Shown here piece by piece: positions 45,051-53,775 of a stretch of 64,000 bases of DNA. Every line of letters begins with the position of its first letter. The first letter of the stretch is position 1. Source of the DNA: a virus; IMG/VR virus record IMGVR_UViG_3300035492_000217; one strand, written 5' to 3'. The position numbers and the translations under genes are program-made. The notes below the pieces were generated by a model, which saw only the letters and a program-made list of their open reading frames with translations, made no database searches and was not told the origin of the DNA.

Positions 45051-47861
45051 TCAGGCCGCGCAGGCCACGCATTCGTCCTTAACGACGATTCCAGACCTCG
45101 AGTAGATGTAATACTGGCTGAGGATGTTTTCATCGAGCAGGACCATGGTCATCAGCTCGGCGATCAGATCCTCAGAGCCGTCCTCCGGAACATAGAAGTT
45201 CAGGCTTTGGCCTTGGCAGGTGTACCTTTGGCGCTGGCTCGCATGGCGCAGCAGGATTCGCTGGTCCATCTCGAAAGCGTTGAGGTACACCAGCTTTTCC
45301 TCGTCGGTCAGCCAGTCAACGTGCTGGACGCTGCCGAGATGATCGATGATGTCCTGGATGGTCTGCTCGCTGTAGACGCGCTTGGCCTTCATCAGCTCGT
45401 AGAACACCGGCGGGATCCGGCGCAGTTCACCTACACTGGATCCTGCGTCGAAGACCATGCCAGGGTCCGGGAACCAGGACTCGCTGACGCCGCCCATCAG
45501 CAGGCTGGTGGTCTTGGTCGGTGCGTAGGCCGTGCGATGAGTGTTGCGGACACCGTAACCCTCGCACCACATCGGCTCGCCGTACTCCTGGGCCAGCCAC
45601 TGGCTAGCGCGCAGTGACTCGTCATGCAGGTGTTTGGCGATCTCGGTAGAGAGGAACTGCGCCTCCAGGCCGATGTACGGGATGCCCTGCGACTGCAAGT
45701 AGGTGTGGAAGCCCATGACGCCCAAGCCGATGGCGCGGCCCCGGATGGTGAACTCACGCACCTTCTCGAGGCCTGCTACGCCGACACTCTTCTCGATGAA
45801 CTCCTGACACAGGCAGTCCAGGAACACCGTGGCGATGAAGACAGAGTTGCGCTGCTTGAACTTGTCCTTGTGCACCAGGTTCAGCGAAGCCAGGATGCAA
45901 CTGTAGGTCAGATCGTCCGAGCTGTGCAGCATGATCTCTGTGTTGTGAGTGATCATGCCATTAACGGTCCAGGCGTGGGTGTCACTGTCCACAGTTAGGC
46001 AGTAGGCATCTTCGTTCGGGAGCTTAGTCAGGCCGGTAAAGGTTGTGTACATCTTCTGTGCGTACCCTTTTTTGCTGAGCCGCTCCTTGAACAATTCGAC
46101 TACGCTCCCTTCGCGGTTGCTGCTCAGGCCAGTCACACCGTCTGCGATCTGACAACCCCTGATCGAAGTAATCAGCAGTCGCCACACCGGGCGGGTTTCA
46201 TACACGCCGCCATTCTCACCAAAATCTCGCAGTCCTCCGTCGTGCAGTTTTGCAATGGAACTCTTGACGCCGAAGTTTGCCCACAGCACCTGAACGTCTT
46301 GCAGAAACTCCTTGGAGACCGAGGCCAGCGACATCACGCAGGTGCCTTTGCTCGCCTGGATATTGCCGTCTGTGAGGTACAAGCCACGTAGGTACTGTCC
46401 TACAGTCTCGCGGGTGCCTGTCCAGACGAACTCAGGAATCCTCAGCTTGGTGTCTGCGTTGAACCCGTGTTCGGCAAGGATACGGGCCAGTGGCGCACTG
46501 CAGAGACGCTGCTTCGAGGTGCCGACGAACTCAGGGTTATTGGTGGATGTCGTGTGCAGGAGTGTGTTGCTTGCCAGAAGCTCAGCGGCGTGCTGGGTAA
46601 CTTCATCCGCTAGATGCAGAGTCTTGCCTTCCCACAGGTCGATACATACTGAGGTGCCGTTGTTGGTGAAGGTGCCATCGCCAGCGATCAGGCCCGCCAG
46701 GAATGCTAGGCTGGGGTTGTGCTCCGGACCGAAGATTCCTTCGACCTGCTGGATCAGCAGTTTGTCACCGGGCACTAGGTGTTGTGCCTCTACCCAACCC
46801 GCCCCCTCCTTCCAGACGCGGTGGTCAGGCGTGACCTTGTGGCGGTAGCCTTCTGCAGTTTCGATCTGCACCATCTCTGCGTTAGGACGCGGCAGAAGCA
46901 TAGGACCAGCCTGGTCTACTCCTGTGAGGCCGACAACCTTGTTAGGGCCACCTTCACGGTACAAGTCGCCTACCGTCTTGATGCCTCGATCTGTCACCAC
47001 GCGCTGGTCTGCAGCCATGCAGCACAGGTTGGTGGCCTTGATGTCGAGACCCCAGTCCTTGTACATCTGCGGGCGGTGACGGTTTGCCTTGTCGATGCAG
47101 AAGACGTAACCCTTGCCGGTAATCAGCTTGGTGTAGAGCGCCTTGGTCCAGCGGCGGTTGGCGTCTTCATCGCCGGCCTTCAGCTTCTCGACGAAGCTGT
47201 CACGAATGATCCAGCCGTAGTTCTTGCCGTTGGGCTCAGCGGCGAGCGAGTCGCATGCCTCGTCCCAATCGCCGTGCTCGATGTCGAGGTAGGCGCCGAT
47301 GGAGCCGCGGCGGGCGCCCCCTTGGCTGATCTTGCCGGCGGTGGTGAAGAAGTCGTTGATGACCTCCACGGCGCCGCTGGCCTTGCCGCCTTTGCTGATC
47401 GGCGTGCCGCGCGGCCGGATGCCGCTGAAGTCAGCGCTGGTACCGAAACCCCACTTCGACAGCAATGCGGTTTCTCGCATGGCGGTGTAGAAGCCGTCCA
47501 CGCTGTCATCTATCACCTGACCTGAACAGGCGACCATCATGCCGCGGTCAGTGCCGGTATTCGCCAGCGCCGGACTGGAGGGGGAGAGGATGCCGTCCCA
47601 CATCTCGCTGAAGAACAGCTCTTCCCACTCGGCCTCTCGGCCTTTCATGTGACGGGCCAGCGTCTTGGCGATCGTGCGGTGCCGGCCGCGGACGGCGTCC
47701 TCACCGGGCACTGCGTACTTCTGCTTGAACATCTGCCAGGCCTGGGTGGTGTACCAGCTTGGTAGCAGTCCTTGCTCTTGCAGTCGCTTGCGCTCGATGG
47801 AGAGCTGCTCGAATTTCTGGATGGTGGCGTCGTCCGCGCCGCCTGTAATTTCAAACGCCAT
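45051..47861 (-). CDS. nrdA: ribonucleotide reductase class I alpha subunit, interrupted by an intein
   Basis: The active-site motif NLC/TEI is split (…TNLC[C…HN]TEIML…). An R2 gene lies immediately downstream. Confidence 0.95.
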   Translation of the reverse strand: MAFEITGGADDATIQKFEQLSIERKRLQEQGLLPSWYTTQAWQMFKQKYAVPGEDAVRGRHRTIAKTLARHMKGREAEWEELFFSEMWDGILSPSSPALANTGTDRGMMVACSGQVIDDSVDGFYTAMRETALLSKWGFGTSADFSGIRPRGTPISKGGKASGAVEVINDFFTTAGKISQGGARRGSIGAYLDIEHGDWDEACDSLAAEPNGKNYGWIIRDSFVEKLKAGDEDANRRWTKALYTKLITGKGYVFCIDKANRHRPQMYKDWGLDIKATNLCCMAADQRVVTDRGIKTVGDLYREGGPNKVVGLTGVDQAGPMLLPRPNAEMVQIETAEGYRHKVTPDHRVWKEGAGWVEAQHLVPGDKLLIQQVEGIFGPEHNPSLAFLAGLIAGDGTFTNNGTSVCIDLWEGKTLHLADEVTQHAAELLASNTLLHTTSTNNPEFVGTSKQRLCSAPLARILAEHGFNADTKLRIPEFVWTGTRETVGQYLRGLYLTDGNIQASKGTCVMSLASVSKEFLQDVQVLWANFGVKSSIAKLHDGGLRDFGENGGVYETRPVWRLLITSIRGCQIADGVTGLSSNREGSVVELFKERLSKKGYAQKMYTTFTGLTKLPNEDAYCLTVDSDTHAWTVNGMITHNTEIMLHSSDDLTYSCILASLNLVHKDKFKQRNSVFIATVFLDCLCQEFIEKSVGVAGLEKVREFTIRGRAIGLGVMGFHTYLQSQGIPYIGLEAQFLSTEIAKHLHDESLRASQWLAQEYGEPMWCEGYGVRNTHRTAYAPTKTTSLLMGGVSESWFPDPGMVFDAGSSVGELRRIPPVFYELMKAKRVYSEQTIQDIIDHLGSVQHVDWLTDEEKLVYLNAFEMDQRILLRHASQRQRYTCQGQSLNFYVPEDGSEDLIAELMTMVLLDENILSQYYIYSRSGIVVKDECVACAA
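45942..47021 (-). mobile_element. intein (360 aa) with LAGLIDADG homing endonuclease domain
   Basis: Residues 281-640: N-terminal Cys (CMAADQRVVT), two LAGLIDADG motifs (LAGLIAGDGTF, LRGLYLTDGNI), C-terminal ITHN, then +1 Thr. Confidence 0.9.
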
Positions 47862-48861
47862 GGGCTAGCTCCGGGCGGAAGGTGAGGCGATGTCGAGCCC
47901 AGTTGCGGGTGTACTGGAGCTGGGTGTTGGCGAAGAAGTCCGGCACCTTGACGGTGGAGAGCTGCTGGTAGAACCAGCCGGAGATCACACCTTTCTCGTG
48001 GCCAAACATTGGCGGCATCTCCAGCCGGTTGAGGACGATGTCGATGCGGTCCTGGGTGAAGGAGAGCAGCTCTTCTTCGGTGACGACGCGATTGCCGGGG
48101 ATCTCGAACAGCTTACGAGTGATCAGTTGCTCATGCTCCCAGACCACCCTCGCCATCCAGAGGATCTTCTCGAGCAGTTTCGCGTCCTGCTCAGGGCTGT
48201 GGTTGCCGGCGGCGGTGCGTTCGGCCTTGCACTGGCGGAACAAGCGGGCCGATGCGAGCGAGTGGAAGTTCTCGTCCTTCGCGCTGCCGTCGATGCCCGA
48301 GACAAAGTGCGAGATCATGTTGAAGCCGCGGCTATTGAAGCCCTTGAAGTAGCCGAACGCGCTGAACAGCACGGAACCTTCAAGGAAGGCGAGGGCGGCA
48401 GTGACCTCGAGGGCGTCGTCGCTAGCGGTGCACTCGTTGACGAATGCGATGCGATCGGCCAGAACCGGGTCAGTTTTCCACTGCTCATAGAACTCGTCGG
48501 TGGCCTTGCCGAGCACCTTGTTGGCCAGGTCGTAGAACGGGGCATGGCTGCCCAGTTCTACGTTGGCGAAGCAGGCGCACATCCGCTGGATTTCTGGCCG
48601 CGGGAACAGCCTGGCAATCTTGCCGCCCCACAACTCATCGCCGCCGATCATCAGCTCGTACTGCGTCAGGATCGACTGAGCAGTCAGGACGCCGTGTAGC
48701 TCGGCCTCGTTGAGCAGGGTGCGGAAGTCGTTCTCATCGCGCTCCACGCCGAGCTCCTCGGCGGGCCAGAAGATCGACTGCTGTTCGATGGCCATCTCTG
48801 TCGCCCAGGGGTACCTGGCAACGTATGAGTCGGTGGGGGTTTCGATCTGACTTAGTGGCAT
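47851..48861 (-). CDS. nrdB: ribonucleotide reductase class I beta subunit (R2)
   Basis: 336 aa with a ferritin-like pattern (E...EGSVLFSAF...ENFH). Adjacent to and overlapping nrdA. Confidence 0.9.
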   Translation of the reverse strand: MPLSQIETPTDSYVARYPWATEMAIEQQSIFWPAEELGVERDENDFRTLLNEAELHGVLTAQSILTQYELMIGGDELWGGKIARLFPRPEIQRMCACFANVELGSHAPFYDLANKVLGKATDEFYEQWKTDPVLADRIAFVNECTASDDALEVTAALAFLEGSVLFSAFGYFKGFNSRGFNMISHFVSGIDGSAKDENFHSLASARLFRQCKAERTAAGNHSPEQDAKLLEKILWMARVVWEHEQLITRKLFEIPGNRVVTEEELLSFTQDRIDIVLNRLEMPPMFGHEKGVISGWFYQQLSTVKVPDFFANTQLQYTRNWARHRLTFRPELAHGV

Positions 48862-48907
48862 TTTTCTTCGCTTCTATTTTCCCGGCACCCCTCGTGCCAG
48901 GAGGGTT

Positions 48908-49639
48908 TCATTTGCCGGTGAGCGCAGCCCACGAAACTGGGTACAGCGGGGCAATGATCTCGTTGACCTGCTCGGCCAGCTGCTGGATCTCGGCCTGGGC
49001 GTGGCTGTCGCTGCGCTGGTTGTAGAAGTTGGAAAAGGCGTACAGCGAGCCGGTCCACACCCAGTTCACTTCAGTACCCTGCGGCAGGATGAGGCGAGCC
49101 TGCTCGGGGCAGACCCCGTCCTGGATCATGGCTTCGTACTGGTCGATCAGCGCCTTGCAAGTTCCGGAGTAGCTCGCCAGCCATGCGGCACTGCGCGGGT
49201 GAACCCCGCCCGACCCCTGCTTCACATTCTCGGCCGCGGCCCGGAAGTGCTCGGGCACGAAGAGCTCCGGCCGGCTGCTGATGTAGCGACGGCTTTCCTC
49301 GGACTCGACGAAGCCAATCTTGTGCTTGAACGCCTGGCGGGCGATTGGCACCGGGGCCTGCATGCGCAGGCTGATGTGTGGGTGACCGAACGGAACCCAA
49401 TGCTCTGGGATCTTGCGCAGGTAGTTGGCCAGCTTTGTGGCCTGCTCCTTGGTGACCGCCAGGATCATCGAGTCGATCAGCGCTTCCCAATCGCCGGTCT
49501 TCATGCCGCGGGCCAGGAAGCGGATCAGGTTGTTGTTCTGCTCAGTGGGGAACTGCTCAGCCAGCTTGCCGAACGACTGCCGGGCGAAATTCGCCACGTC
49601 ACGGTCGGTCAGGTAGTGGTTTTCGTAGACTGCTTTCAT
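48908..49639 (-). CDS. thyX: ThyX-like flavin-dependent thymidylate synthase, divergent signature
   Basis: HWVPFGH, RQAFKHKIGFVESEESRRY (versus the canonical RHRxxSxxxxSxRY), ARLILPQ and RSDSHAQAEIQ. ATG at 49639; the upstream extension to 49711 would cover the motif and overlap the next gene. Confidence 0.7.
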   Translation of the reverse strand: MKAVYENHYLTDRDVANFARQSFGKLAEQFPTEQNNNLIRFLARGMKTGDWEALIDSMILAVTKEQATKLANYLRKIPEHWVPFGHPHISLRMQAPVPIARQAFKHKIGFVESEESRRYISSRPELFVPEHFRAAAENVKQGSGGVHPRSAAWLASYSGTCKALIDQYEAMIQDGVCPEQARLILPQGTEVNWVWTGSLYAFSNFYNQRSDSHAQAEIQQLAEQVNEIIAPLYPVSWAALTGK

Positions 49640-49646
49640 TCTGGTT

Positions 49647-49660
49647 CCTGTAAATACAGG
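49647..49660. promoter_or_regulatory. Palindromic motif, exact consensus CCTGTAAATACAGG
   Basis: Lies 7 nt upstream of the thyX-like ATG. On the gene strand, ACAGGAA acts as the SD. Confidence 0.6.
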
Positions 49661-49667
49661 TTTGTGA

Positions 49668-50147
49668 TCAAACCTTGAGGCTACCTTCAACCCCTCGAGC
49701 CATCCGCTCACGGGTGCGATTCAGCAGGATCTCCTGGGCGGCCTTCAGGTGAGCCAGACAGTCCTGGTTGGCTTGGCAGGCGAACGGGCCGGACTGGAAG
49801 CCGGTGATGCGGTCGATCAACACCTCCAGGAGCACTTCATGGGTAATGCCGTTGACCCCGGATTCCGGTATCGGGCCGTTTTGGAACAACAGCAGCAGGT
49901 CATCCGTCTTGTTGACCGTGTGGCGGAAGTGGAGCGCAATCTCTGGGTCAGGGTTCGGGTTCTCATCCAGATACTGCTTGGCGTTGAGGTACCGGCTGTG
50001 CTTGGGGTGACTGGGGTTGGCCAGCTGTTTGGCGCCGCTGATAAGGTATGCGTGGTTCGCTCCGCCGCTTCCAGGTTCGTCAGTGACGGTGATGTTGATG
50101 GTGTCGTTGGCGGGATTGACTTTGTGGCCGTTCAATTCACGTGACAT
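49668..50147 (-). CDS. conserved-looking hypothetical phage protein (159 aa)
   Basis: SD GGAGA. The C-terminal pattern GVNGITHEVLLEVLIDRITGFQSGPFAC...RGVEGSLKV looks like a recurrent phage family I cannot name. Confidence 0.7.
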   Translation of the reverse strand: MSRELNGHKVNPANDTINITVTDEPGSGGANHAYLISGAKQLANPSHPKHSRYLNAKQYLDENPNPDPEIALHFRHTVNKTDDLLLLFQNGPIPESGVNGITHEVLLEVLIDRITGFQSGPFACQANQDCLAHLKAAQEILLNRTRERMARGVEGSLKV

Positions 50148-50166
50148 ATCTGTCTCCGGTGGGGTG

Positions 50167-50199
50167 GTAAAAAGCCGCCGGCAATCCCTCGGCGGCTTT
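50167..50199 (-). terminator. Rho-independent terminator candidate
   Basis: Stem AAAGCCGCCG / CGGCGGCTTT with a 9-nt loop and a T-run on the minus strand, just after the stop of 50205-50429. Confidence 0.55.
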
Positions 50200-50204
50200 C
50201 CGTC

Positions 50205-50429
50205 TTACTGAACGAGTCGAAGCTCGTTGCGCGGTACCCAGCGGTTCTCGACCTGCACCATGCAGCCGACAAAGGCGGCATAGCGGGTCTCGCGGTCGGT
50301 CTGGTAGCCGTACCAGGCACAGCTGCCCCATCTGAGCAGCACTCCGCCAACCCACATGATCAGGACGAACACTGCGAGGACGGCTACTCCAGCCCATCCG
50401 GCGCGTTGAAGTGGGTTGTTGACCTTCAC
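50205..50429 (-). CDS. small membrane protein (74 aa)
   Basis: GTG start overlapping the TerB stop (GTGA). TM segment WAGVAVLAVFVLIMWVGGVLL. Confidence 0.55.
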   Translation of the reverse strand: MKVNNPLQRAGWAGVAVLAVFVLIMWVGGVLLRWGSCAWYGYQTDRETRYAAFVGCMVQVENRWVPRNELRLVQ

Positions 50430-50863
50430 GCCTCAACTCCGAAGTCTTTCAGGCGCAGGCCAAGCTCGGTGCCGACTTCAGCCAGGACCTTCATTTCCGG
50501 TGCGCTGATCTCACCGTCGCCTTCGGCAACAGTCAGCATGTTGACGAACACTTCCTCGGCGTCGGCCGGGTTGTTCTTGATGTCGCGGATCTCGCGCATG
50601 ATGTTCATGCGGCCCAGGCGGAAGCCGGCCTGCAGCTGTTCGGTGTACAGGTTCACCGTCGAGGTGATCTCGGAGCCGAAGTGCTCCAGGTTCTTGTTGG
50701 CGCGGATCTGGATGTCGATCTGAGCCGCCTCGTTTTTGCTGATCTCGCCGTCAGCTGCTGCGACCAGCAGGCAGCCGCCCACAATGGCCTGCATGAGGTC
50801 GCGGTTTTCGATTTTCTTGGCAGCTACCTTGGCGCCGAACAGCTTCTTCTTAAATCCGAACAT
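50426..50863 (-). CDS. TerB-family (tellurite-resistance TerB-like) protein
   Basis: 145 aa. Two AADG/EGDGEIS..E repeats (VAAADGEISKNEA and VAEGDGEISAPEM), typical of TerB. SD AAGGAA. Confidence 0.75.
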   Translation of the reverse strand: MFGFKKKLFGAKVAAKKIENRDLMQAIVGGCLLVAAADGEISKNEAAQIDIQIRANKNLEHFGSEITSTVNLYTEQLQAGFRLGRMNIMREIRDIKNNPADAEEVFVNMLTVAEGDGEISAPEMKVLAEVGTELGLRLKDFGVEA

Positions 50864-50887
50864 TGTGTAATTCCTTGAATTTATGGG

Positions 50888-50925
50888 AGAAAAAGCCGCC
50901 TGGCTTTTACACCTCGGCGGCTTTT
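50888..50925 (-). terminator. Rho-independent (possibly bidirectional) terminator candidate
   Basis: Stem AAAAGCCGCC / GGCGGCTTTT, flanked by an A-run and a T-run. On the minus strand it follows the stop of 50943-51764. Confidence 0.5.
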
Positions 50926-50942
50926 GAGCTACGACCGGTCAA

Positions 50943-51764
50943 TCAGCCTTCGTAGCGGCTGGTGATCTTGAAGACCCACGGGCGGAACGCCTTGGTGCCC
51001 TCACCGACCTTCTTGCCTACCTGACACTGGGTCACCACCTGGTCCAGGCGGGCGCCGCGCATCTTGGTGTAGGCCTGGGCCGCTGCGCCGGCGAGTCGGG
51101 CCTTGGAGGCCGGCGGGATGCTCAGCATGACCATCTGCTGGTCGTACTCGTCGTCGCGGTTGACCAGCGTGGCCATGGCCTCGAGGTATTCCTTGATGTC
51201 GAGCGGGGCGTCTTCACCGCCGTAGCCCTCGTCCAGCCACTCCTGCAGCTTCTCGGTAGCCGAGCTGCCGTCGGTGAAGGTGGCACCGGTGGAGTCGTAG
51301 GAGTAGTAGGACTCGGCGTCCTGGTCGGTGCTCTGGCGAACAACGTACAGGCGGCGGGTGTTGTGGATCACGCAGTCGAACTCGGTTCCAAGCTCAGCTT
51401 CCTCGCTACCCAGCAGGAACTTGCCTTCGTGCATCTTGACGCGGTCGAAGGACATGCCGGTGAGGTCGAGACCCTCGAAGCCGGCCGCGGCCTGCTCCTG
51501 AGAGAACTGTGCCATTGCGTTGGTGCGCTGCTCAGTGACCGACACGGCCTTCTGCTCAGCGGGTTCAGCGACGGCTACAGCCTGAGTTGCGGCGACACCC
51601 TGCTCGGTCATCGGCTCGCTGGTTTCAACAGCGGCAGTGGATACGGCTTCCGCCTCGGCTGGGGCTTCGGCTGCGGTGGCTTGTACACCGGCCTGGTTCA
51701 GTTTTTCTTCCTGGGCTTCAGTATTGACTTCGGTTTGTGCAACTTGGGGGCGCATGAGTGCCAT
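50943..51764 (-). CDS. hypothetical protein (273 aa) with an Ala/Glu/Thr-rich N-terminal region
   Basis: ATG at 51764 after AAAGGA. The upstream extension of track ORF 50943-51872 runs through motif-bearing intergenic DNA. Confidence 0.65.
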   Translation of the reverse strand: MALMRPQVAQTEVNTEAQEEKLNQAGVQATAAEAPAEAEAVSTAAVETSEPMTEQGVAATQAVAVAEPAEQKAVSVTEQRTNAMAQFSQEQAAAGFEGLDLTGMSFDRVKMHEGKFLLGSEEAELGTEFDCVIHNTRRLYVVRQSTDQDAESYYSYDSTGATFTDGSSATEKLQEWLDEGYGGEDAPLDIKEYLEAMATLVNRDDEYDQQMVMLSIPPASKARLAGAAAQAYTKMRGARLDQVVTQCQVGKKVGEGTKAFRPWVFKITSRYEG

Positions 51765-51804
51765 GGTCAGGGTCCTTTTACAGTGTCGGTATGGGTTCCG
51801 ATGT

Positions 51805-51850
51805 GCTGTATCTACATAAATACAGCAATACGGGTCTTGCTTTATACAGG
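51805..51850. promoter_or_regulatory. Cluster of degenerate palindromic motif copies and half-sites
   Basis: GCTGTATCTACATAAATACAGCAATACGGG plus TTTATACAGG, in the gap between the SNF2 stop and the next gene. Confidence 0.5.
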
Positions 51851-51884
51851 CCGGTTCCCGGGCCGTCAACACAGCTGAGCAGGC

Positions 51885-53519
51885 TCAGCGGAGCAGCTCG
51901 TACAGCAGATCTTTCCGATCCCGCACGATCTGGTTGTTCTCCTGGTCATTTTTGAGGAGGTTCTTGAAGTTCCTGTCGAGTAGGGTTCCCACGACCCGCA
52001 GGAAGTAGACGTTGACGATGTTCTCCTGGCCCTTGCGATCGGTGCGGGCAATGGCCTGCTTGGCGTCCTTGGGCGAGGTCGGACACTCGTAGAAGATGCT
52101 GTGGGAGGCGCACTGCAGGTTCAGGCCGGCACCTCCAGCAATCCAGTTGATGACGAAGATCCGGCAGCTTGCATCTGTCTTGAACTTCTCCACCTGGCCG
52201 CGATCGGAGCCTCCGTACAGCACCGCAGGGTTCCAGTGCGCGTAGCGCTTCGCCAGGAAGTCGATCGTCCGCTTGTAATAGGCGAAGATGATGACCTTGT
52301 GGTTGCCAGGGTTGATGCTGTCCAGCAGCGTGTCGCAGGCCTTGGCCAGGTCGTTCTCCATGCTGAGGCTCTGATCGAACTCATCCGGACAGCTGATCAA
52401 CTGCAGGGCCAGGTGCCGCAATGCGCTCTGGTTGTCAGGCATCAGGACCTTGTCTCCGAGGATGGCGAACCGGTCGTTGATGATCTTCTTGTAGAGCTTC
52501 TTGTGGGCGCCCGAAAGGTGGACCTTGAGCTGGGTGACCAGGGGGTCAGGCATGTTGATCACATCGCGCTTCTGGACGCGGCGGGCATTCTTGTACAGTG
52601 CCTGGTAGACCTTCTCGGTGTTCTGGTACCCGACGACCTTCTTGACCTTGACCTCCTTCTTGCCGTTTTTCACAGAGAAGGTCTGGATCTCGCAGTGTTG
52701 GCGCTCAAACGCGGCCTTGTTCCTGTACGCACCAGGGTTGATCAGACGGATGATTCCGTAGACGTCCTCGAGGTGCGTAGGGACCGGGGTACCCGTCATC
52801 AGGTAGACAGCCACCTCGTCGCCGAGCTGGGCGCTCATCTCGGCGACTGAGGTCGAAAGGATCGAGTCGGTCCCGCACAGCGCGTGGGCCTCGTCGAAGA
52901 AGAGCACGTTGTAACCTGACCTCTTGAGCTTGAACTGGAACAGGTTTCGCGCGCGGCCGCGCTTATTGATCTCCCGGCCGTCCTTGGTAAAGGGCTTGGC
53001 CGTTCGGTCGTATGGCTCTCCGGCGGCCTTGAAGTAGGGGCTGCCGTCCTGCCTGAACCAGAGGTTTTGGCCGATCGCTTTGGTGGGGGAGCGGTCGTTG
53101 AGCACCCGGTAGATGTCGTAGGACATGATCAGGATGTCAGGCCAGCCGGTGCGGTCCCACTCGTCGATCAGCTTCTTTTTCTGCGCCGCCGGCACGTCGA
53201 GGTGTGCGACTTTCAGGTGGTTGCCGATGCCCACGAAGAAGTCCTCCAGCTCCTCGTAGAACTGGACGATCAGCTTCGGCGGCATGGTGAAGACAGCCTT
53301 GTTTCCCAGGGCGGCCATCAGCACTGCGTGAATTTGCGCGGGGAAGGTCTTTCCGACGCCGGGGTCCCCGGCGTCCAGGAATCGCATGTTTCTCGCGTAG
53401 AGCTTCACCTGTTCCATTTGGTGCGGCATCGGCCAGAACGGCAGCTGCACCTTATCGAACCAGACGGGGTAGTTGGTCACCCCGCTGGCGAGCATCAGAT
53501 CGCTAAGGCTTGATGCCAT
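51885..53519 (-). CDS. SNF2-family helicase/ATPase
   Basis: Walker A DPGVGKT and DEAH-type box FFDEAH, with a C-terminal helicase domain. 544 aa. Confidence 0.9.
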   Translation of the reverse strand: MASSLSDLMLASGVTNYPVWFDKVQLPFWPMPHQMEQVKLYARNMRFLDAGDPGVGKTFPAQIHAVLMAALGNKAVFTMPPKLIVQFYEELEDFFVGIGNHLKVAHLDVPAAQKKKLIDEWDRTGWPDILIMSYDIYRVLNDRSPTKAIGQNLWFRQDGSPYFKAAGEPYDRTAKPFTKDGREINKRGRARNLFQFKLKRSGYNVLFFDEAHALCGTDSILSTSVAEMSAQLGDEVAVYLMTGTPVPTHLEDVYGIIRLINPGAYRNKAAFERQHCEIQTFSVKNGKKEVKVKKVVGYQNTEKVYQALYKNARRVQKRDVINMPDPLVTQLKVHLSGAHKKLYKKIINDRFAILGDKVLMPDNQSALRHLALQLISCPDEFDQSLSMENDLAKACDTLLDSINPGNHKVIIFAYYKRTIDFLAKRYAHWNPAVLYGGSDRGQVEKFKTDASCRIFVINWIAGGAGLNLQCASHSIFYECPTSPKDAKQAIARTDRKGQENIVNVYFLRVVGTLLDRNFKNLLKNDQENNQIVRDRKDLLYELLR

Positions 53520-53730
53520 TGACCTTTCTCCGGGTCATGAGGTAGTCGTAGTCCCCGCGGCAGAATTCGTCGCAGAACCGCAGGCCGCCTGGCAGTGGCT
53601 CGTCGCAGTAGTAGCAGAAGCCCTTCGGCGGGAGCGGGGCAGGGGCGCTCATGAGGGCCCGTTCGATGTCGCGCTCGAGGTTCTCAACGGCAACGTCAGC
53701 GGCTTCGTCAACCGGGTCAGCGTTTCGCAT
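53503..53730 (-). CDS. small zinc-ribbon protein (75 aa)
   Basis: CYYCDEPL...RFCDEFC. Overlaps the SNF2 start by 17 nt. Confidence 0.5.
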   Translation of the reverse strand: MRNADPVDEAADVAVENLERDIERALMSAPAPLPPKGFCYYCDEPLPGGLRFCDEFCRGDYDYLMTRRKVNGIKP

Positions 53731-53775
53731 TTTTCTTACTCCTGCCGGGCTCTCGCCCGGCTACTTCTTGACGGC

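Noticed and set aside
51874-51889. Inverted repeat GCTGAGC-AG-GCTCAGC at the SNF2 stop codon as a terminator (also the hairpin GCCGGGC-TCTC-GCCCGGC at about 53744-53761)
   Set aside because: The first has only a 2-nt loop and no T-run. The second is followed by an SD and start codon rather than a T-run. Neither fits an intrinsic terminator, though they may be minor regulatory structures.
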